Part shown: one piece after another, positions 24,410 to 30,343 of the stretch
Layout of the letters: each line of letters starts with the position of its first letter
How positions within the stretch are numbered: the first letter of the stretch is position 1
From: a virus
Reading direction: 5' to 3' (one strand)
DNA: 36,220 nucleotides
IMG/VR virus record: IMGVR_UViG_3300045988_159601
Location: 1-36,220 of that record
Position numbers and translations under genes: made by a program
Notes under the pieces: model-generated
Told to the model about the DNA's origin: nothing
The model's database searches: none
The model's input: the letters and a program-made list of their open reading frames with translations, nothing else

Positions 24410-25483
24410 CTATTCGTCTTTTTCGTCGCTGACCGGATTTTGACACAAATACCGATTTAGCTTGTCAGCCGTGGCCTGTTTGCGGCTCTGCATGATGTGG
24501 GTATATATGTTCATCGTGGTTCTTATATCGGAGTGCCCTAGTAACGTTTGCATTTCCTTTACCCCGACACCCGCATCATATAGCACGGTTGCATAGAAGT
24601 GCCTCAGCTGGTGGGTAGTTACTGCCGTACCCCGGCCCCGTGTACCTACGCCTACCGATATGCACCACGTCCGCCACGCGCTCTTAAATTGGCTCAGGCG
24701 TAACAGTTCCCCGGTAGGGCCAGGGAATACTAGTCCCTGTTTCCGGTCTCCTAGCAGGGCGTCCAGCGGGGCAGGAATAACTACGTCTCGCACTCCCTGC
24801 GCCGTTTTGGGCGGCTTGGTGTGTGGAGCCTCACCGATAAACTGCACGGCCCGTCTAACGTGTATCACCCCCGCGGCCCGGTCGAAATCTTCCCATTGGA
24901 GAGCTAGTATCTCTCCCCGGCGCATGCCTGTATACCCTTCCAGCGCCGCGAACAAACCGAACGGCAGGCGAAACCCTGCCCCGATCATTGCTAATTGCTC
25001 AGGCGTGGGCGGCTCTCTGGTTCCGGCTGGTAGGCCCTTGGGCATTTTGGATTGCCGGGCCACGTTGTACCTCACAATCCGTTTTCCGATTGCGTAGTCC
25101 CACGTCTGAGTTAATACATCCCGCCGCCGCTGGACTGTCCAACGGGTGTATCCACGGGCCGCGATAGCCTGTAAGAACTCCGTGATCTCATCCGGGTATA
25201 TGTCCCCGATCTCCCGGCCCTGAAACCACTGTAACACGTCCCGCACGGCGGGCGCATAGTTTCCCCACGATGTGGCCTCAACCTCTTCTCTGTGCCGTTC
25301 TGCCCACTGCTCGACGATGGTACACAGCTGCATAGCCTGCGCCTGTTCCTGCTCTCGCTCCATGCTCCATGTGGCTAGCTTCCGCTGCACCTCTCGCTGT
25401 GTCCGCCCGTAGAAATATTTGGGCCGTTCCATCCCCGGCAGCTTCACTTGCTCTTGCCAGCGTCCGTCCTTCCGTTTTATCAT
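24410..25483 (-). CDS. int: Tyrosine recombinase / phage integrase
   Basis: 357 aa. C-terminal HQLRHFYATVLYDAGVGVKEMQTLLGHSDIRTTMNIYTH (R..H.R.Y catalytic pattern) and an N-terminal SAM-like domain. Confidence 0.9.
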   Translation of the reverse strand: MIKRKDGRWQEQVKLPGMERPKYFYGRTQREVQRKLATWSMEREQEQAQAMQLCTIVEQWAERHREEVEATSWGNYAPAVRDVLQWFQGREIGDIYPDEITEFLQAIAARGYTRWTVQRRRDVLTQTWDYAIGKRIVRYNVARQSKMPKGLPAGTREPPTPEQLAMIGAGFRLPFGLFAALEGYTGMRRGEILALQWEDFDRAAGVIHVRRAVQFIGEAPHTKPPKTAQGVRDVVIPAPLDALLGDRKQGLVFPGPTGELLRLSQFKSAWRTWCISVGVGTRGRGTAVTTHQLRHFYATVLYDAGVGVKEMQTLLGHSDIRTTMNIYTHIMQSRKQATADKLNRYLCQNPVSDEKDE

Positions 25484-25651
25484 GTTCTCACCCCTAAAAT
25501 AAACAAAATTGTTAGGTTTTGTTTGCTAAAAGTTTGCTTTTCCCCTGCTTCTCCAATAATTCGGCATAGTACACCAACAAAAAAGCCGCCCTTTTGTAGG
25601 TGTGGAGTGATATACTGGCCTCACCGCATAGGATGGAAACGGAGGTAAATA

Positions 25652-25759
25652 ATGGATGATAGAGAAACCCTGCGCGCTATCCTGCATCTGCTAGGCGCTC
25701 TGAACAGTAAACAGTTACGCCTGGTATACCTGTTTCTGCGCGGTCTCACCGCACAGTGA
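25652..25759 (+). CDS. Very small ORF (35 aa) between integrase and repressor
   Basis: GGAGG SD 7 nt before the ATG. Translation MDDRETLRAILHLLGALNSKQLRLVYLFLRGLTAQ. Followed directly by a terminator hairpin. Confidence 0.45.
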   Translation: MDDRETLRAILHLLGALNSKQLRLVYLFLRGLTAQ

Positions 25760-25767
25760 AGAAGACA

Positions 25768-25792
25768 CCCCGGCCCCGTGATAGGGCCGGGG
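25768..25792 (+). terminator. Rho-independent terminator
   Basis: ccccggccc-cgtgata-gggccgggg followed by cttttcttt. Confidence 0.65.
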
Positions 25793-25799
25793 CTTTTCT

Positions 25800-26177
25800 T
25801 TACCCTTTTAGTTCGTCCAGCAGTTTACGGGCTACCTGCTCTAGCATGCTCCACTCTGATTCGTCCAGCCGCGACAGTGCAGCCAGCAGACGCTGTTTGA
25901 AATCGTCACGGGCCAGAACTTTCCCGAAAAACTCCGCGAGTTCCTCATCCCGTGTCTTTTCAATAAACATCGGGCCGGTACCATTGCGTAGCCATTCCTC
26001 GGACACGTCGAACTCGCGGCAAATATCCGCAATGGTTCGATCACTAGGGACACGTTCTCCCTTTTCCAGCATCCAAACATAGTTTCTGGAAAGGCCGCCG
26101 ATTCTAGCCCCGAACGCCTCTTGCGTTAGGTTATTCGTTTTGCGGGTCTGTGCTATTCGTTCGCTCAGTTTTTCCAA
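25800..26177 (-). CDS. cI-like XRE-family repressor (125 aa, TTG start)
   Basis: HTH segment NNLTQEAFGARIGGLSRNYVWMLEKGERVPS. The 20 codons upstream in the track ORF coincide exactly with a TTGACA-17-TATTAT promoter, so the TTG at 26177 with a GGGGTGA SD is preferred. Confidence 0.8.
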   Translation of the reverse strand: MEKLSERIAQTRKTNNLTQEAFGARIGGLSRNYVWMLEKGERVPSDRTIADICREFDVSEEWLRNGTGPMFIEKTRDEELAEFFGKVLARDDFKQRLLAALSRLDESEWSMLEQVARKLLDELKG

Positions 26178-26208
26178 ACTCTCACCCCTTTCCCTTGGAT
26201 ACACATAT

Positions 26209-26237
26209 ATAATAGCACGGCTCTCTAACTGTGTCAA
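26209..26237 (-). promoter_or_regulatory. Repressor promoter (TTGACA, 17 nt, TATTAT)
   Basis: Read on the minus strand. The -35 is embedded in operator-like TTGACACAGTTAG. Confidence 0.6.
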
Positions 26238-26267
26238 CTTTTATTTCAAAAAATTTTGTTCTTGGGG

Positions 26268-26296
26268 TTGACATAGTTAGCCCCTTGTGTTATTAT
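26268..26296 (+). promoter_or_regulatory. Early rightward promoter (TTGACA, 17 nt, TATTAT)
   Basis: Consensus -35, near-consensus -10 and 17-nt spacer. The -35 is embedded in TTGACATAGTTAG. Confidence 0.65.
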
Positions 26297-26330
26297 AGTC
26301 TCACAGAGTTAGCAAGTGAGGTGAACAACG

Positions 26331-26483
26331 ATGACAGATGTTGAGCGTCGAATCGCTGAGAGTTTGGCTACGGCGCTTGAGCTGTTGCCCGACAGCAAGA
26401 AAGAGTTTCTGCTGGGCTACGCTGAGGGCGTCGCGGCCATGGCCGCACGGAAGGCAACCGAGGACAGCACCAAGAGTGCGTGA
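26331..26483 (+). CDS. Small hypothetical protein (50 aa), first early gene
   Basis: GTGAGGTG SD-like sequence upstream of the ATG. Translation MTDVERRIAESLATALELLPDSKKEFLLGYAEGVAAMAARKATEDSTKSA. Below the track cutoff. Confidence 0.5.
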   Translation: MTDVERRIAESLATALELLPDSKKEFLLGYAEGVAAMAARKATEDSTKSA

Positions 26484-26503
26484 AAGAAAGGAAGTGGCTA
26501 GAT

Positions 26504-26713
26504 ATGACTAGTGAGATGAAAAAGGTATCCGCCCCCCAGAAACAGACTGAGGAGCGGATGTGGCGCCGGTTCGAGCTGTGCGTAGAGGGCAAAGAGAAAG
26601 AAGAACTCTACGCCCTGCTGGACCGACTGCATCTGACCCGGCGGGAGCTGGCCCTTATCGTGCTAGGTCTTCGCGCTCGACCTGGATTCGAGCTGAAAGA
26701 TTTTGGCATCTAA
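26504..26713 (+). CDS. Ribbon-helix-helix-like small DNA-binding protein (69 aa)
   Basis: AAAGGAAG SD before ATG 26504. RRFELCVEGKEKEELYALLDRLHLTRRELALIVLG fits a beta-alpha-alpha RHH pattern (from memory). Confidence 0.65.
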   Translation: MTSEMKKVSAPQKQTEERMWRRFELCVEGKEKEELYALLDRLHLTRRELALIVLGLRARPGFELKDFGI

Positions 26714-26963
26714 AGGCTAGGTACCCTAGGGTATCTGCAAGATCTTCCTTGCTGGAAATACCGTTGTAAATGCACATCAATTCGGTGTGTGGTATCCGTT
26801 GCCAGAGATAGACCGCGTATCTTTCTGGCCCAGAGGAATCGCATACTTCTAGCTCGTAGGCGTCATCGACCTTTCGGTAGATGGCTTCCGCGTGGTCTAT
26901 AACCTTTATGGAATACAACGGCCCCAGAAACTTGCAGGTATCCTGTAATCGCTTAAGCCCCAG
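26655..26963 (-). CDS. Possible small protein (102 aa) with a CTG in the start position of the conserved leader
   Basis: The leader GCCCTT...AAGGGCAGAAAGGAGGGATAAAA-CTG is paralogous to the five ATG-initiated leaders. Its 3' end overlaps the RHH gene by 59 nt, so it is uncertain. Confidence 0.35.
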   Translation of the reverse strand: MGLKRLQDTCKFLGPLYSIKVIDHAEAIYRKVDDAYELEVCDSSGPERYAVYLWQRIPHTELMCIYNGISSKEDLADTLGYLAFRCQNLSARIQVEREDLAR

Positions 26964-27033
26964 TTTTATCCCTCCTTTCTGCCCTTTAGCATAGCACAAG
27001 GGCGGGAGTAGGGCAAGAACAAGGAGAGAACGC

Positions 27034-27771
27034 ATGAACGAACTGAAAACCTTCAACAATCCCGACTTCGGAGAAGTCAGAACCCTGAACATCGGTGGTG
27101 AACCCTGGTTCATTGCGGTGGACGTTTGTAAGGCGTTAGACATCGGCAATGTGAGTATGGCGATTTCTCGCTTGGACGATGATGAAAGAAATACCGTCAG
27201 TTTAACTGAGGGTATTCCTGGTAATCCCAATAAGACCATCATCAATGAACCGGGTCTTTACGCCCTGGTTCTCAGTTCCCGTAAGCCGGAAGCTAAGAAG
27301 TTCAAGCGCTGGATTACACATGAGGTCATCCCTTCCATCCGCAAGACGGGCGGCTATATCGCCGGGCAGGAAACCCTGTCCCCGGAAGAGCTTATGGCAA
27401 AGGCCCTTCTCGTGGCCCAGAAAACCATTGCTGAAAAGGAAGCCGAACTGTCCCGTACCCAGGTTGAGAATGCAATCCTCCAGCCCAAGGCGGACTACTT
27501 CGACGAACTGGTCGAGCGGAACACACTCACCAATTTCCGCGAGACCGCTAAACAGCTTGGTATCGGCCAGAAGGCCCTTATCCGATTCCTGCTCGACCGG
27601 AAATTCATCTACCGCGACCAGAAGGGAAAGCTTCTCCCCACGGCGGGCAAGGGCACCGGCCTGTTTGAGGTGAAGGAGTGCTACAACGACAAAACCCGGT
27701 GGGCCGGTACTCAGACTCTGGTAACGCCCAAAGGCCGCGAGACCTTCCGGCTTCTGTGCCAGGGGGTGTAA
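27034..27771 (+). CDS. ant: Antirepressor (BRO-N domain + KilAC/Ant C-terminal domain)
   Basis: FNNPDFGEVRTLNIGGEPWFIAVDVCKALDI...EPGLYALVLSSRKPEAKKFKRWITHEVIPSIRKTGGY. Confidence 0.85.
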   Translation: MNELKTFNNPDFGEVRTLNIGGEPWFIAVDVCKALDIGNVSMAISRLDDDERNTVSLTEGIPGNPNKTIINEPGLYALVLSSRKPEAKKFKRWITHEVIPSIRKTGGYIAGQETLSPEELMAKALLVAQKTIAEKEAELSRTQVENAILQPKADYFDELVERNTLTNFRETAKQLGIGQKALIRFLLDRKFIYRDQKGKLLPTAGKGTGLFEVKECYNDKTRWAGTQTLVTPKGRETFRLLCQGV

Positions 27772-27773
27772 TT

Positions 27774-27971
27774 ATGGCACTGGAAATACCCGGCTACCGT
27801 GAGAATCTCGCAGACCTGCTGGAGTTTTTCGACGGAAAACGAATTCTGTCCATTACGGACGTTTGCCGGTACACCGGGCATGACAGGCGGTGGGTGAAGG
27901 TACACCTGGAAATCAAACCTTGCGCGGGTGTGTCTGTCCCCACCCTGGCCCGGAAACTGGCCGAATTATAG
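27774..27971 (+). CDS. Small putative HTH (excisionase/HTH_17-like) protein, 65 aa
   Basis: The ATG at 27774 is 3 nt after the ant stop. ILSITDVCRYTGHDRRWVKVHL resembles an Xis-type HTH. Confidence 0.55.
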   Translation: MALEIPGYRENLADLLEFFDGKRILSITDVCRYTGHDRRWVKVHLEIKPCAGVSVPTLARKLAEL

Positions 27972-27984
27972 GAGGAAACAGAAA

Positions 27985-28236
27985 ATGACTGCAACACAGA
28001 TCAGACAGTTCCACGACCTCGACCTGTTCGTGGACATGTTGGCCGCCGACAAGGCGCACATCGACCGGGCCATGGCCAAGGCCGAGGCCGTGCGGGAGGC
28101 TCAGGCTAAGGCCGAAAGGGCCAGACAGCACAAGGCCCGCGAAGAGGCCCGTGTGACCCGGCGGATGGAGATCACGGCCAGCTCTACCGTTGCCCTGGCT
28201 GGGCTGTGGACGTTCCTGGCCGCGTGGCTGGCGTGA
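27985..28236 (+). CDS. Hypothetical protein (83 aa) with a coiled coil and a C-terminal hydrophobic helix
   Basis: AGGAGG SD. C-terminus STVALAGLWTFLAAWLA. Confidence 0.6.
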   Translation: MTATQIRQFHDLDLFVDMLAADKAHIDRAMAKAEAVREAQAKAERARQHKAREEARVTRRMEITASSTVALAGLWTFLAAWLA

Positions 28237-28252
28237 AAGGAGGTAGAACCAC

Positions 28253-28657
28253 ATGAACAACCTGAATCTCACTATTGAGCTGTGCGCGGAAGACCGCGCC
28301 CGCCTGGACGCGATTCTCACGGCACTGCAAGCCGTGGGGACACCGTTCAGCCCGCCTGAATCCGCCCAGACCGTCGAGACGGCCCCGGAGACGCACGACA
28401 CGCCCGCCCCCGTAACTGGTGGCCCTGAGCCGGAACAACCCGCACAGGACACGCAGGACGGCGCAGAGACGCAACACGCCACGCATGGCATGGTGCAGGA
28501 CCTGGTGATTACTCTCGCATCGTGGGGCCACAAATCAGAGGCCCGCGAGATCGTCCAGCGGTATGCCCCGCGTGTCTCAGCTATCCCGGACGCAGACCTG
28601 GACGCCGTGTATGTCGCGCTCGACGCGGTACGCCTGGCGCATGAGGGGGAAAACTGA
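28253..28657 (+). CDS. Acidic hypothetical protein (134 aa)
   Basis: AAGGAGG SD. First gene of the replication module. Confidence 0.6.
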   Translation: MNNLNLTIELCAEDRARLDAILTALQAVGTPFSPPESAQTVETAPETHDTPAPVTGGPEPEQPAQDTQDGAETQHATHGMVQDLVITLASWGHKSEAREIVQRYAPRVSAIPDADLDAVYVALDAVRLAHEGEN

Positions 28658-28658
28658 T

Positions 28659-29765
28659 ATGGGACACGCAGACCGGGCACATGCCCTTCTTTCCGCCTCT
28701 AGCGCCCACCGGTGGCTGAACTGTCCGCCGTCCGCCGTAGCCGCTGAGTTGTACCCCCGCGAGAGCAGCGAGTTTGCCGCTGAGGGCACTCTGGCCCATG
28801 AGGTGGCGGAGGCCGTGGTACGGGGCATCCCCCCGGAGGGCAACCCTGAGATTACCCAGGAGATGCTAGACTGTGCCGCTGGGTACAAAGGCTACATCTG
28901 GGAGCAGACCAACGGAGAGGATTATCACCTGCTGCTAGAGCAGAGAGTGGATTTCTCCGACTGGGTCCCCGGCGGGTTTGGTACCTGCGACTGCATCCTG
29001 TTGCAGGGCGATACCCTGGACGTGATCGACTACAAATACGGTAAGGGAGTACCTGTTAATGCGGTGTGCAACCCGCAACTCATGCTGTACGGCCTGGGCG
29101 CCCTGAACGACTACGGCCTAGCCGTGGACGTGCAGACCGTGCGCCTGCACATCTATCAGCCCAGGATTAACAATATCAGCACCTGTGAGGTACCCACCCA
29201 AGACCTGCTCAAATGGGCGGACAGTGTGCGAGAGATTGCCGCTGTTGCCGCTCAGGGCGGCGGGGAGTACCACGCCGGGGACTGGTGCAAATTCTGTCCC
29301 CACGCGGGAGAGTGCAGGGAGCTGACCCAGACCTGTACCCGTCTGGTGGACAGGTACAACGTGGAGGTCACCGTTTTGGCCCCCTATGAGGTAGCCCAAA
29401 TCCTGGAGCAGGAGCCGCTTATCTCTCTGTGGCTCAGACGGGTAAAAACCCGCGCCCTGGCCATGGCCCTGAATGGTAAGCCCGCCCCCGGTTGGAAAGC
29501 CGTTGAGGGTAGACAAGGCAATCGGAAATGGAAGGATGAGCTGGAAGCCCTGCACATCCTCGACGCGGCGGGCTACGACCGGGCCGAAACTACTGAGACC
29601 CACCTACTCAGTCCCGCTGGTGTTGACAAACTGGTGGGCAAGAAAAAGGCCGCTGAACTGTTGGCGGGCCAGATCGAGCGGTCCCCCGGTGCGCCTATCC
29701 TGGTACCGGAGAGCGACAAACGCCCACCATACGACCCCGCGAACGACTTCGACAATATTGATTAA
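28659..29765 (+). CDS. DUF2800-type PD-(D/E)XK (Cas4-like) nuclease
   Basis: The ATG at 28659 overlaps the previous TGA region. SASSAHRWLNCP, DVIDYKYGKG and a C-terminal Cys cluster CKFCPHAGEC. Confidence 0.8.
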   Translation: MGHADRAHALLSASSAHRWLNCPPSAVAAELYPRESSEFAAEGTLAHEVAEAVVRGIPPEGNPEITQEMLDCAAGYKGYIWEQTNGEDYHLLLEQRVDFSDWVPGGFGTCDCILLQGDTLDVIDYKYGKGVPVNAVCNPQLMLYGLGALNDYGLAVDVQTVRLHIYQPRINNISTCEVPTQDLLKWADSVREIAAVAAQGGGEYHAGDWCKFCPHAGECRELTQTCTRLVDRYNVEVTVLAPYEVAQILEQEPLISLWLRRVKTRALAMALNGKPAPGWKAVEGRQGNRKWKDELEALHILDAAGYDRAETTETHLLSPAGVDKLVGKKKAAELLAGQIERSPGAPILVPESDKRPPYDPANDFDNID

Positions 29766-29779
29766 AGGAGACCTATACT

Positions 29780-30343
29780 ATGAGTGTAAAAATTATGCTG
29801 CGTAACGTGCGCCTGAGCTATGAGCACATCTTCACCCCAACCGCGTTTGACGATAGTCAGGATGCAAAGTATTCCGCGACGTTCATCATCCCCAAGGAAC
29901 ACACGGACCTCGACAAGGTCAAGGCCGCTTTCCGTGCCGCCGGTGCGGACAAGTACCCCAATTCCTTCAAGGGCACCGAGTGGCCGAAGGGTTTCACTTG
30001 CAGTCTCAAGGACGCAGACGTGCAGACCGACAGCATGGGTGAGCTGCTGGCAGAAAAGAATCCCGCTTATGCCGGTTGCTACATTCTGGAGGCCAACAGC
30101 ACCCGCCGCCCTGTTGTCGTGGGCCGTCGGAAAGAGGCCCTGACCGCTGAGGATGGAGTGATCTATTCTGGGTGCTATGTCAACGCATCCCTGGCCGCTG
30201 CGCCCTACGAGTACGGCAAAGTTAAGCGGGGCGTGAAAGCCTACCTGAACGGTGTGCAGTTTGTCAAGGACGGTGAGCGGTTCGGAACGGACGCGCTGAG
30301 CGACTTCGATGACCTGGAAGATGACGATGACTTCACGAACTGA
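29780..30343 (+). CDS. DUF2815-type phage single-stranded DNA-binding protein
   Basis: 187 aa. N-terminal LRNVRLSYEHIF and an acidic C-terminal tail DFDDLEDDDDF. Confidence 0.8.
   Translation: MSVKIMLRNVRLSYEHIFTPTAFDDSQDAKYSATFIIPKEHTDLDKVKAAFRAAGADKYPNSFKGTEWPKGFTCSLKDADVQTDSMGELLAEKNPAYAGCYILEANSTRRPVVVGRRKEALTAEDGVIYSGCYVNASLAAAPYEYGKVKRGVKAYLNGVQFVKDGERFGTDALSDFDDLEDDDDFTN

Noticed and set aside
24254-24460. 68-aa plus-strand ORF downstream of the integrase
   Set aside because: It spans the terminator hairpins and the integrase 3' end, has no SD, and looks like non-coding att/terminator sequence.
24180-25650. tRNA or tRNA fragment flanking the integrase
   Set aside because: I scanned for T-arm (GGTTCGAATCC-like) and acceptor-stem patterns by eye and found none convincing. 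I cannot exclude a short attP core identical to a host tRNA end without a search.
26178-26237. N-terminal 20 codons of the track repressor ORF (MTQLESRAIIYVYPRERGES)
   Set aside because: This stretch is exactly TTGACA-17-TATTAT plus the SD, so it is promoter rather than coding sequence. The start was moved to TTG 26177.
27913-28680. 255-aa minus-strand ORF
   Set aside because: It is antisense to four tightly packed plus-strand genes with good SD sequences. Its Ser/Arg/Pro/Gly/Cys-rich composition is typical of open antisense frames in high-GC DNA, and it has no SD.
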